64,000 nucleotides of DNA from Acidimicrobiia bacterium. Lineage in GTDB: Bacteria; Actinomycetota; Acidimicrobiia; Spongiisociales; ZC4RG35. Shown piece by piece: positions 1-9,044 of this stretch. Position 1 is the stretch's first letter. Every line of letters starts with the position of its first letter. Below the pieces are notes generated by a model. The model did not search any database, had not been told where the DNA came from, and worked only from the letters and a program-made list of their open reading frames with translations. Both the position numbers and the translations under genes were made by a program. The stretch lies in assembly GCA_009377435.1 (NCBI GenBank), contig WHUC01000001.1, positions 200-64,199 on the forward strand. Direction: 5' to 3'.

Positions 1-154
1 CGATCGGTCCTGGAAGGGCTCAAGCGCAGCGGGGTCGTAGTCGAACTCGTTGATGAGGAGCACCTCGGGTCGGGTGCGTTGGATGATCTCGGCCACCGCC
101 TGGGCCTGGGGGTCGTCGAGATGTGCGACATGTGTTTGACACCAGCCTCCTAGC
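1..154 (-). CDS. hypothetical protein, 5' part only (runs off the left window edge)
   Basis: Minus-strand ATG at 154..152, open to position 1: MLGGWCQTHVAHLDDPQAQAVAEIIQRTRPEVLLINEFDYDP... No recognisable family. Divergent from the cupin gene. Confidence 0.3.
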
Positions 155-187
155 ATCGACGTCCGAGAGACCCCGACTGGAGACACC

Positions 188-553
188 ATGGCCGCACCCG
201 ATACCGTCGTCAACGTCGCCGAGAAATTGGAAAGCTTCGAAGAGCTGTTCGCGCCACGGATCGTCGCCGAGTTCAACGGCTATCAGCTCAAGGTGGTTCG
301 AGCCAAGGGTGATCTCGATTGGCACCATCACGACGAGACCGACGAGCTGTTCCTGGTGGTCGCGGGCACCCTGCGGATAGAGTTGGCCGATCGGGCCCCG
401 GTGCTCCTCGGTGAGGGCGAACTGTTCGTGGTACCCCGTGGGCTCGAGCACCGTCCCGTCGCCACGGAAGAGTGTCACGTCCTCCTCGTCGAGCCCGCGG
501 GGACACCCAACACCGGCGACGTCGCCACCGCGGCTACAGAGGAGTGGGTGTGA
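188..553 (+). CDS. cupin-domain protein
   Basis: 121 aa ORF with a cupin-like core (ELFLVVAGTLRIELADRAPVLLGEGELFVVPRGLEH). Its stop overlaps the next start (GTGA). Confidence 0.65.
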   Translation: MAAPDTVVNVAEKLESFEELFAPRIVAEFNGYQLKVVRAKGDLDWHHHDETDELFLVVAGTLRIELADRAPVLLGEGELFVVPRGLEHRPVATEECHVLLVEPAGTPNTGDVATAATEEWV

Positions 554-1212
554 GGGATAACGACGCCCGGTTCATCGATCTCTCCCATGTCGTTGAGGAC
601 GGCATGATCACCTACCCCGGTCTCCCCGCACCCACCATTACCGATCACATGACGTTCGCCCAATCCTCGGACCGCTATGGCAAAGGCACGGAGTTCCGGA
701 TTGGCAGGATCGAGATGGTGGCCAACACCGGAACCTATCTCGACACCCCGGCCCATCGCTACCGTGACGGGATCGATCTCGCCATGGTGGGGTTGGGAGC
801 CTTCGCCGACCTACCCGGGCTGGTGGTGTCGGTGGACGGGTTCGCCATCGACCATGTCCCCACCGGCGACCTGGAAGGGAAGGCGGTGTTGTTCTCCACG
901 GGCTGGAGTCGTCACTGGGGCACCGAAACCTATGGCGCCGTCGAGCATCCCCATCTCACCCAAGGAGCGGCCTTGGCTTTGGCCAACGCCGGGGTGGGAC
1001 TCGTCGGTATCGACTCGGTCAACATCGATTCCACCACGAACGGCGAGCGCCCGGCACACAGCACCCTCCTCGGAGCCGATATCCCCATCGTGGAGCATCT
1101 CACCAATCTCGAGGCCATAGCGGAGCGCCAGTTCCGCTTCTTCGCCGTCCCCCCGCCGGTACGCGACATGGCGTCCTTCCCGGTGCGGGCGTTTGGCATC
1201 GTTGACGGCTGA
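550..1212 (+). CDS. cyclase-family protein (kynurenine formamidase-like)
   Basis: FIDLSHVVEDGMITYPGLP...GTEFRIGRIEMVANTGTYLDTPAH is typical of the cyclase/arylformamidase family. Likely GTG start at 550 overlapping the cupin stop. The ATG-defined ORF starts at 472. Confidence 0.7.
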   Translation: MRDNDARFIDLSHVVEDGMITYPGLPAPTITDHMTFAQSSDRYGKGTEFRIGRIEMVANTGTYLDTPAHRYRDGIDLAMVGLGAFADLPGLVVSVDGFAIDHVPTGDLEGKAVLFSTGWSRHWGTETYGAVEHPHLTQGAALALANAGVGLVGIDSVNIDSTTNGERPAHSTLLGADIPIVEHLTNLEAIAERQFRFFAVPPPVRDMASFPVRAFGIVDG

Positions 1213-1356
1213 AACCGGCGTTACCGTGCTACGGGCTCACCCCTTCTCGAAACCGCGCCGTGCCCGCACCAGCGCCCACAACCCGAGCACCGCCACCGCG
1301 GCCGCCCGGCGTGGTCACCCAGGCGAGTGGCCATGGAGAGGAGATAAAGACGAACG

Positions 1357-1737
1357 TCATGGCGAGGGCAACGGTGACTTTGGGCGCCCAACCCTGTATC
1401 CGACGGCGTAGGAGAGGATGGGACGGAGGACGGCAGCCGGTTCGATCAACCCGGTTCCCTCGAGGGCGTCTAGGTAGGCCCTGAACAGCTCCAGCTCGGA
1501 GAGGGGCAGTGTCTTGCAACGGAGGATGAGCGGCGCCGCCTCGGGGTGGCGGTGGAAGAGATCCCGCAGCGAGTGGGCAAGCGTCCGCAGCAGATCGGCC
1601 GCGTCGTCCCACCCCTCGGGGAGGGTTATCTCTTCCCAGAGCAGCTCGGCAACGCCGTCCAAGAGACGGCCCTTGCCGGCGACATGGTGATGGACGGTCA
1701 TGGGATCGACACCGAGATCGGTGGCGAGGCGACGCAT
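1357..1737 (-). pseudogene. TetR-family regulator, N-terminally truncated fragment
   Basis: FTMRRLATDLGVDPMTVHHHVAGKGRLLDGV is the TetR HTH helix 2-3. Helix 1 and any canonical start are missing. The frame upstream is Pro-rich junk. Confidence 0.5.
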
Positions 1738-1742
1738 GGTGA

Positions 1743-2246
1743 ATGCGTGGACGCTGTTCGGGTTTGGAGTCGGTGGCTGCGGTGGCGGGCAGACACCATG
1801 AGCGTCTCGACGGCACCGGGTACCCATCCGGAATCGTGGGAGACGTCGGGCTTGTCTCGGGATTGCTGGCGTGTGCTGAGCTGTACGACGAGCGAATCTC
1901 GCCCAGGCCAGGGAGGGCCGCCGCTGACCCGCCACTGGTCGCCGAGGAGATGGTTCGCCTGGCCGGCGATGGCACCCTGGGCCAGACCGATGTCGAGGCG
2001 GTACTCGATGCGGTAGGTGTTCCGACGCCACGGGTCATGGTGGAGCGGCCGGCCGGGTTGACCGAGCGGGAGATCGACGTTCTCGGTCTGTTGGCCCGGG
2101 GCAGCACCAATCGCCAGATCGCCGAGAGGCTCGGGATCACGGCTAGAACCGTCGGGTCACATGTGGAACATATCTACGTCAAGGCCGGGGTGAGAAGCCG
2201 GGCGGCGGCGACCCTCTTTGCCATGCAAAACGACCTGCTCGCCTGA
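1743..2246 (+). pseudogene. HD-GYP C-terminal remnant fused to a LuxR-type HTH (N-terminus missing)
   Basis: The HHERLDGTGYP motif begins 17 codons after an in-frame TGA at 1740-1742. No HD motif is present upstream in any frame. The C-terminus is a canonical LuxR HTH (EREIDVLGLLARGSTNRQIAERLGITARTVGSHVEHIYVKAGV). Confidence 0.5.
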
Positions 2247-2390
2247 GGAGGCCGATTCTCGCCCCGTCGGCCGACGGCCGCTGGGTCGGGAACACGATCG
2301 GTCGGGCGTGTGGAGATCGGGTAAACACCCGATGCGCAACCCGCGGTCATCCGGCATGCTGGAGGCACCCATCCAATAGGAGGAACGATC

Positions 2391-3233
2391 ATGGCAAGGG
2401 TGACCGTGAACGGCGTAGAACTGTTTTACGAGACCACCGGTTTAGGTGACCGCGTCGTGCTTACCCACGGCTCCTGGGGCGACGCAACCAACTGGGACGC
2501 CGTCGTCGGCCCGCTCGCCGAGCGGTTCGAGGTGGTGATCTGGGACCGGCGTGGCCACAGTCGAAGCCAGGATGGCGACGGACCCGGCAGCTGGCGGGAG
2601 GACGCAGCCGATCTCGCCGCACTCATCGAGCATCTCGGTGACCCGCCGGTCCATGTATTCGGCAACTCCGCCGGCGGTTGCATCGTGCTCACCCTGGTGA
2701 CGGAGCGTCCCGACCTGGTCGCCAGTGCCGCCGTCCACGAGCCGCCTCTGTTCGGTCTCCTCGCAGAAACCGAGGACGAGCGAATCGCCGAAGCGCTTGC
2801 GGCCAGCGGCCGTGAGACCGAGTCGGTGGTCGAGCTGATCGAGGCGGGTGACCACCGCGCTGCTGCCCGACACTTCATCGAGGACGTGGCCCTCGGTCCC
2901 GGAGCCTGGGACCAGTTACCCGAACGGGTCACGACGATCCTCGAGACCAACGCGCCTACCTTCCTCGACGAGAGCCCCGAGCCCTTCGAAATGACCTCGA
3001 TCGACCGGGCGGCGCTCGCGGCCACCACCGTGCCACTCATGATCTCCTACGGGACGGAGAGCCCCGAGCTGCTGCCGGCCGCAGCCAAGGAGCTCGCCCG
3101 TCTCGTACCCGTCGCCCGACTCGAGGTCATCGCCGGCGCCGGACATGTCCCACACATGACCCACCCCGAAGCGTGGGTCACCACCCTCATGGACTTCTAC
3201 ACGGGGGTCCCGCCGGTCGAAGCAACGAGATGA
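2391..3233 (+). CDS. alpha/beta-fold hydrolase
   Basis: 280 aa. GNSAGG nucleophile elbow, HG oxyanion motif (LTHGSWGD), and an AGAGH motif near the C-terminus. RBS aggagg upstream. Confidence 0.8.
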   Translation: MARVTVNGVELFYETTGLGDRVVLTHGSWGDATNWDAVVGPLAERFEVVIWDRRGHSRSQDGDGPGSWREDAADLAALIEHLGDPPVHVFGNSAGGCIVLTLVTERPDLVASAAVHEPPLFGLLAETEDERIAEALAASGRETESVVELIEAGDHRAAARHFIEDVALGPGAWDQLPERVTTILETNAPTFLDESPEPFEMTSIDRAALAATTVPLMISYGTESPELLPAAAKELARLVPVARLEVIAGAGHVPHMTHPEAWVTTLMDFYTGVPPVEATR

Positions 3234-3619
3234 AGCCGCACCGCGCGGAGTTCCTCGGATACGCCCCTGGCGGCTTCCCCAATTGTCTGAACCCAGTGGA
3301 TGATGGCGGGGAGGCCGGTGGCCCACGGTTCGGGTCGAGTTGGTCCACGAGCCGAACCCAGGGGTCAGCCTCACGCGGACACTCACGCCCGGCGTCACTT
3401 TCGGCCCACGGTTCGGGGTTTCTGGCTGCCATCGCGGTCCACCAGAAAGAGAAGTAACGGTCGCCTCGTTTGAATCCAATCATCCCGAGCCAGGGAGTGG
3501 TGGAGTGGGGATGCGGCAAAGGATGATGGCGAGGCGACCGTTACTCGATGATCATATTAGCGTTCATTCGCACGGTTGTCACACCGGTGATGTGCGCACC
3601 GCTCCCACCTGTTTATCCC

Positions 3620-3705
3620 GGTGCCGGAGGTGGGATTCGAACCCACACGCCCTGAGGGGCACGAGATTTTGAGTCTCGCGAGTCTGCCAGTTCCTCCACT
3701 CCGGC
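3620..3705 (-). tRNA. tRNA-Leu (anticodon CAA)
   Basis: The reverse complement gives acceptor stem GCCGGAG/CUCCGGC, anticodon arm CGAGA-CUCAAAA-UCUCG (anticodon CAA), a long class-II variable arm, and T-arm GUGGG-UUCGAAU-CCCAC. Discriminator A plus CC are encoded. Confidence 0.85.
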
Positions 3706-3727
3706 GGAGGTAGTTATGAAAGTGTAG

Positions 3728-4051
3728 GTGGGCCCCGTAGGGCTCATCGACGGGCGCCTCCTAATGTCTGGTGTCATGAGGCGGATCGAACGGAGGCTGT
3801 TCAGACTTAACGACCAGATGGCGCGTCTGCGTGAGGAGGCGGCACTCGTTCGGGCCGAGTTGGACCGCCACCGCCTCATCGACGAGGACGCCCAGCGTGA
3901 CGCCGCCGTCGGCAACTACATCGATCGAGAAGAAGCGGCTCTCACCGCGGCGGACGTGCGGCGCTTCGATCGGTCACTCCGTAGCATCAACGACCGGATC
4001 GCCGGGCTCGAGGAGAAACAGGCCCGATTTCTGGAGAAGCTCGATTCCTGA
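3728..4051 (+). CDS. hypothetical coiled-coil protein
   Basis: 107 aa ORF rich in R/E/L heptad-like sequence. No family recognised. Sits between the tRNA and polA. Confidence 0.4.
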   Translation: MGPVGLIDGRLLMSGVMRRIERRLFRLNDQMARLREEAALVRAELDRHRLIDEDAQRDAAVGNYIDREEAALTAADVRRFDRSLRSINDRIAGLEEKQARFLEKLDS

Positions 4052-4068
4052 ACCCCACCGAGGTTCCC

Positions 4069-6672
4069 TTGAACCAAGAAGACAAACCCACTCTCGCCCT
4101 CATTGACGGCAATTCGATCGCCTACCGCGCCTTCTTCGCACTGCCCGAGGAGCTTGCCACCACCAGCGGGCAGCAGACCAACGCCGTCTTTGGGTTCACC
4201 CGGATGCTGATACGACTGCTCACCGATCACGACCCCGATGGACTCGCCGTCGCCTGGGATGTCTCCCGCCGGTCGTTCCGGACCGATGAGTATCCCGAGT
4301 ACAAGGCGCAACGGGCATCGGCGCCCGATGCCTTCCGGTCGCAACTCCCCCTCATCGACGAGGTCCTCGATGCGCTCGGGATCACCCAGCTCCGCGTCGA
4401 GGGATTCGAGGCCGACGACATCATCGCCACGGTGGCGCGCAAGGCCGCCGCCGACGGCTGGCAGGTGTTGGTGGTCACCGGCGATCGTGACGCCTTCCAA
4501 CTCATCGACGATGGCATCACGGTCGTCTACACCCGGCGGGGGATCAGCGACGTCGTCATGGCGACGGGGGAGTGGGTCGAGGAGAAGTACTCCATCAAAC
4601 CGACCGACTACGTCCCCTACGCCGCCCTGCGGGGTGACAACTCCGACAATCTTCCCGGTGTCACCGGTGTCGGTGAGAAACGGGCGGCCGAGCTGATCAC
4701 CAAGTACGGGTCACTCGATGAGATCTTCGCCCATCTCGACGAGCAGACACCGAAGTTGGGGGAGAACCTCGCACTCGCCCGCGAGCAGGTGCTCCTCAAC
4801 GAACGGCTCATGACCCTCGTCGACGACATGGAACTCGGCACCGAGACCGATTCGCTCCGTCTGGCACCGTGGGACCGCACGGTGGTCGAGCCCCTGTTCG
4901 ACAGTCTCGAGTTCCACAGTTTGTGGGAGGATCTCCTCGCGGTGACCGACGCCGCCGCCACCGAGATGACCATCCTCGACGTGGAGACGGTCATCGACAC
5001 CTCGGGCCAGAAGCTGGCCGATATGGTGGCGAGCTCCTCCGTGGTCGCGATCGAGCCGGTTGAGGCGGGAGGTGAGATCTGGGGATTCGCCGTGTCCGCC
5101 GGGGGAGACCGCGCCATCGCGGTGCCCCTCGATGTTGCCCTCGAGGGGCTGGATGACGCCGACGTCGTCGGTCATGACATCAAGGAGACCCTACGTCGCC
5201 TCGGCACCATCCCATTCCAGCGGCTGGCCATGGACACTGCCCTGGCGTCCTACGTGATCAACCCGACGGCCCGCCAATACGACCTGGATGGGCTCGCCGA
5301 GAAGTACCTGTCGGTCGAGCTGGTGTCCCCGGACCGAACCGACGAGCAGACAACCCTGTTCGACATGGGCCCTGACACCAAAGCGGCCGGGAATCGGGCC
5401 GTTGTGGTGGCCCGACTCGCCGATCTGCTCCGCGAGGAGCTCGACAACCGCCACGAGTTGGATTTGTTCGTGGGGCTCGAGTTGCCGCTGATCCCGGTCC
5501 TCGCCCAGATGGAGTACTGGGGCATCGGGATCGATGTCGACTACCTGCGTGGCCTCGGCGACGATCTCCGGGTCCGACTCGCGGAGCTTCAGACGGAGAT
5601 ATACGAGACGGCCGGCGTCGAGTTCAATCTCAACTCACCCGATCAGCTCCGCGAGATCCTCTTCGATCGTCTCGAGCTTCCCGTGATCAAGAAGACCTCG
5701 ACCGGCCGGCCCTCGACGGATGCGTCCGTTCTCGAGAAGCTGGACCACCCCATCACCGACGGCCTCCTCAGATACCGTGAGTTGGAGAAGCTCCGCTCCA
5801 CGTACGTCGACGGATATCTTCCGCTCGTCGGGAACGACGGTCGCATCCACACCCGTTTCAATCAGATGACGGCGGCAACCGGTCGTCTCTCCTCGGATCG
5901 CCCCAATCTGCAGAACATCCCCATCCGCAGCGAGGAGGGCCGCACCATCCGTCGGGCGTTCGTGTCCGAGCCGGGTCATGTGTTCCTCGTTGCCGACTAC
6001 TCCCAGATCGAGTTGCGAATCCTCGCCCACCTCAGTGGCGACCCGGGGCTGGTGGAGACCTTCCGCTCCGGTGGGGACGTCCACACCACCACGGCCTCAC
6101 GGGTGTGGCGGGTTTCCGAGAGCGAAGTCACGACCGAGATGCGACGTCGCTCGAAGATGATCAACTTCGGTCTCCTCTATGGGATGGAGGCTTACGGTCT
6201 GGCGAGTCGTCTCGGGATTTCCAGGGACGAGGCCAAACACCACATGGACACCTACTTCGAGCAGTTCCCCCGGGTGAGGGAGTTCCTCTCCGGGGTTGTC
6301 GACGAGGCGCGACGTCTCGGGTACACCACGACCATGTTCGGTCGGCGTCGCTATCTCCCCGAGTTGAAGAGCGACAACTTCAGGATCCGCCAGATGGGGG
6401 AGAGGATGGCCCTCAATGCCCCGGTTCAGGGAACCGCCGCCGACGTCATCAAGAAGGCGATGATCGAGCTCGACCACAGTCTTCGCTCGGCCGGGTCAGG
6501 GGCGCGGCAGTTGCTGCAGATCCACGACGAGTTGATCCTCGAGGTTCCCGACGACGAGATCGAGGAGACGACCCGGGTGACGGTGGCGACGATGGAGGGG
6601 ATCGCCGAGCTCGACGTGCCCCTCAAGGTCGAGCCGTTGACCGCCACCAATCTGGCCGACGCCAAGGACTAG
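4069..6672 (+). CDS. polA: DNA polymerase I
   Basis: 867 aa. 5'-3' exonuclease N-terminus (LIDGNSIAYRAFFAL), polymerase motifs (DYSQIELRILAHLS, QGTAADVIKKAM). TTG start. Confidence 0.95.
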   Translation: MNQEDKPTLALIDGNSIAYRAFFALPEELATTSGQQTNAVFGFTRMLIRLLTDHDPDGLAVAWDVSRRSFRTDEYPEYKAQRASAPDAFRSQLPLIDEVLDALGITQLRVEGFEADDIIATVARKAAADGWQVLVVTGDRDAFQLIDDGITVVYTRRGISDVVMATGEWVEEKYSIKPTDYVPYAALRGDNSDNLPGVTGVGEKRAAELITKYGSLDEIFAHLDEQTPKLGENLALAREQVLLNERLMTLVDDMELGTETDSLRLAPWDRTVVEPLFDSLEFHSLWEDLLAVTDAAATEMTILDVETVIDTSGQKLADMVASSSVVAIEPVEAGGEIWGFAVSAGGDRAIAVPLDVALEGLDDADVVGHDIKETLRRLGTIPFQRLAMDTALASYVINPTARQYDLDGLAEKYLSVELVSPDRTDEQTTLFDMGPDTKAAGNRAVVVARLADLLREELDNRHELDLFVGLELPLIPVLAQMEYWGIGIDVDYLRGLGDDLRVRLAELQTEIYETAGVEFNLNSPDQLREILFDRLELPVIKKTSTGRPSTDASVLEKLDHPITDGLLRYRELEKLRSTYVDGYLPLVGNDGRIHTRFNQMTAATGRLSSDRPNLQNIPIRSEEGRTIRRAFVSEPGHVFLVADYSQIELRILAHLSGDPGLVETFRSGGDVHTTTASRVWRVSESEVTTEMRRRSKMINFGLLYGMEAYGLASRLGISRDEAKHHMDTYFEQFPRVREFLSGVVDEARRLGYTTTMFGRRRYLPELKSDNFRIRQMGERMALNAPVQGTAADVIKKAMIELDHSLRSAGSGARQLLQIHDELILEVPDDEIEETTRVTVATMEGIAELDVPLKVEPLTATNLADAKD

Positions 6673-6786
6673 CTGGTGTGGAATGCACCGCGCCCTTTGG
6701 CGCCAGAAGGCCATGTGGTACGCTCGCGGTAACCTCGCCGGTTCCGGCGTCAGGTTGTCCCTTTCGAAGAGGTAAAACACCCACTC

Positions 6787-8364
6787 ATGTCCACAGAGCA
6801 CAGGCCCGCGTTCCCGGAAACGGAGACGCCCGAGATCGAAGCGACCCCCGAGGCGGTAGAGGAAACCCCCGCCGAGGAGACCAGCGACGAGACGACCTCC
6901 CTGGAAACACCCACGGAGGAAGCAACAACAGACGAAGCCCCCGCCGATGACGTCCCCTCCGATGACGCCCCCGTTGGGGCCTCCGCCGACACCGACGCGT
7001 CCCCGGAGGTGGGGAAGGGCGCGCCCAGTGACACCGATGGGGGCGGGCGTGGCGGTATCGACAAAGTGGATTACGGCACCGGACCCGCGGTGATCGTCGC
7101 CCCCGATCTCTCCGATCTTCCCGACGACATCGCCGACGATTTCGAGGCGGCCATCGAGGCCACCGTTCTCGAGTTCAGCGAGGGTGACATCGTCGGCGGC
7201 ACCGTGGTCAGTGTCGACCAGGATGGCGCCATGGTGGACATCGGTTACAAGTCCGAGGGTCTCATCCCCGTCTCCGAGCTTTCCATCCGCAACAGCATCA
7301 GCCCCGACGCGGTGGTCAATGTCGGCGACCACGTCGAGGCACTCGTCCTCGACAAGGAGGACGACGAGGGCCGGCTCATCCTCTCCAAGAAGCGTGCGCA
7401 GTACGAGCGGGCGTGGGGCCGGGTGCAGCAGGTCGCCAAGGAAGAGGGCACCGTCCACGGAACCGTCATCGAGGTGGTCAAGGGTGGTCTCATCGTCGAC
7501 ATCGGTCTCCGCGGATTCCTCCCGGCCTCACTCGTCGATCTCCGACGGGTCCGTGATCTCCAGCCGTATATCGGTGAGGAGATCGATGCCAAGGTCATCG
7601 AGTTGGATCGGTCCCGCAACAACGTCGTCCTTTCCCGTCGCGCCCACCTTGAGGACGAGCAGGCCGAGCAGCGGCAGGCGTTTCTCGACGATCTCGCCGT
7701 CGGCGAGGTCCGTGAGGGTGTCGTCTCGTCGGTGGTCAACTTCGGCGCATTTGTCGATCTCGGTGGCATGGACGGGCTCGTCCACGTCTCGGAGTTGTCA
7801 TGGCAACACGTCAACCACCCCGGTGAGATGGTTTCGGTCGGCGACGATGTCACCATCAAGGTGCTCGAGGTGGACCAGGACCGAGAGCGAATCTCCCTGT
7901 CCATCCGCCAGACCCAGGACGACCCGTGGGATGTCTTCTCCCGGGATCACGAGGTCGGTGAGATCGTGGACGGTCAGGTCACCAAGACCGTCCCCTTCGG
8001 TGCCTTTGTCTCCGTCGCCGACGGTGTCGAGGGTCTCGTCCACGTCTCCGAGATCGCCGTCCACAGGGTGGAGTCGCCCGAGCTGGAGCTGTCCATCGGA
8101 CAGCCGGTCCGGGTCAAGATCACCGAGAAGGAAGACGAGCGCCGCCGTATCTCGCTCTCGATCAAGCAGGCCCTCCCCGATTACAAGGAGCGTCAGGCCG
8201 CAGCCGCCCAGGAACAGCAGCAGCAGGGCCGGCGTCGTCCTCCCCGTCGCGAGTTCGAGCGTGAGTTCGGGCCCAAGGAAGAGGAGCGCCCCCCGATGCC
8301 GGTGGACGCCTCGCTCGAGGCCATCCTCCAGGAGCTCAAGGAACGGGGCATCGGCCGCCGCTAG
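6787..8364 (+). CDS. rpsA: 30S ribosomal protein S1, with an unusual ~100-aa acidic N-terminal extension if the first ATG is used
   Basis: Four S1 repeats (GDIVGGTVVSVD..., GTVHGTVIEVVKGGLIVDIG..., GEVREGVVSSVVNFGAFVDLG..., GEIVDGQVTKTVPFGAFVSV). The conserved S1 core begins near 7090. An alternative GTG lies near 7063. Confidence 0.9.
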   Translation: MSTEHRPAFPETETPEIEATPEAVEETPAEETSDETTSLETPTEEATTDEAPADDVPSDDAPVGASADTDASPEVGKGAPSDTDGGGRGGIDKVDYGTGPAVIVAPDLSDLPDDIADDFEAAIEATVLEFSEGDIVGGTVVSVDQDGAMVDIGYKSEGLIPVSELSIRNSISPDAVVNVGDHVEALVLDKEDDEGRLILSKKRAQYERAWGRVQQVAKEEGTVHGTVIEVVKGGLIVDIGLRGFLPASLVDLRRVRDLQPYIGEEIDAKVIELDRSRNNVVLSRRAHLEDEQAEQRQAFLDDLAVGEVREGVVSSVVNFGAFVDLGGMDGLVHVSELSWQHVNHPGEMVSVGDDVTIKVLEVDQDRERISLSIRQTQDDPWDVFSRDHEVGEIVDGQVTKTVPFGAFVSVADGVEGLVHVSEIAVHRVESPELELSIGQPVRVKITEKEDERRRISLSIKQALPDYKERQAAAAQEQQQQGRRRPPRREFEREFGPKEEERPPMPVDASLEAILQELKERGIGRR

Positions 8365-8385
8365 AGGGCCGGTTGGCTACCGCTC

Positions 8386-8946
8386 ATGACCCTTCATCTC
8401 GTGACCGGGGGCATCGGCACCGGAAAGAGCCTCGTCACCACCGGATTGGCGGCTCTGGGCTGGGACACCGCCGACGCCGACAAGATCGGTCACCTCGTGC
8501 TCACCGACGAGGCGCGGGAAGACGTCGCCGACCGGTTTCCCACCGTTGTCACCGACGAGGGTTCGATCGATCGCGGCCGTCTGGGTGCGATCGTGTTCGC
8601 CGACGAAAGGGCCCTCACCGACCTCGAGGCGCTAACCCATCCCCATATCCGCCGTCGCATCGAGGAGCTGGCCGGGGGCGAAGTCGTGCTCGAAGCCTCC
8701 GACCCCTCGGTCGACCTACTCGACGTCGCCACCACCGTCATCGTCGTCGACGCACCGGAATCGGTAAGACGGGGGCGGCTCATCGCCCGAGGGATGACCC
8801 CCGACGACATCGACCGGCGCATGGCCAACCAACCAGACCGGGCCGAATGGCTCGCCCTCGCCGACATGGTCATCCCCAACGAAGGCTCCCTCACCCAACT
8901 CGACACCCGCATCGCGACGCTCCACACCTGGCTCACCACCCGCTGA
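8386..8946 (+). CDS. coaE: dephospho-CoA kinase
   Basis: P-loop GGIGTGKS. Conserved rpsA-coaE adjacency of Actinobacteria. Confidence 0.9.
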   Translation: MTLHLVTGGIGTGKSLVTTGLAALGWDTADADKIGHLVLTDEAREDVADRFPTVVTDEGSIDRGRLGAIVFADERALTDLEALTHPHIRRRIEELAGGEVVLEASDPSVDLLDVATTVIVVDAPESVRRGRLIARGMTPDDIDRRMANQPDRAEWLALADMVIPNEGSLTQLDTRIATLHTWLTTR

Positions 8947-9044
8947 CACCCCCGTTTTCGCGCGGCTGGGCAGGCACATATGACCGGCTAGCCGCGCGAA
9001 AACGGTAATTCGGACCACCGGTATCATGTGATTCGGAGGTCCTC

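Noticed and set aside
8373-9008. 211-aa Arg/His-rich ORF overlapping coaE
   Set aside because: Alternate frame of coaE. Implausible composition.
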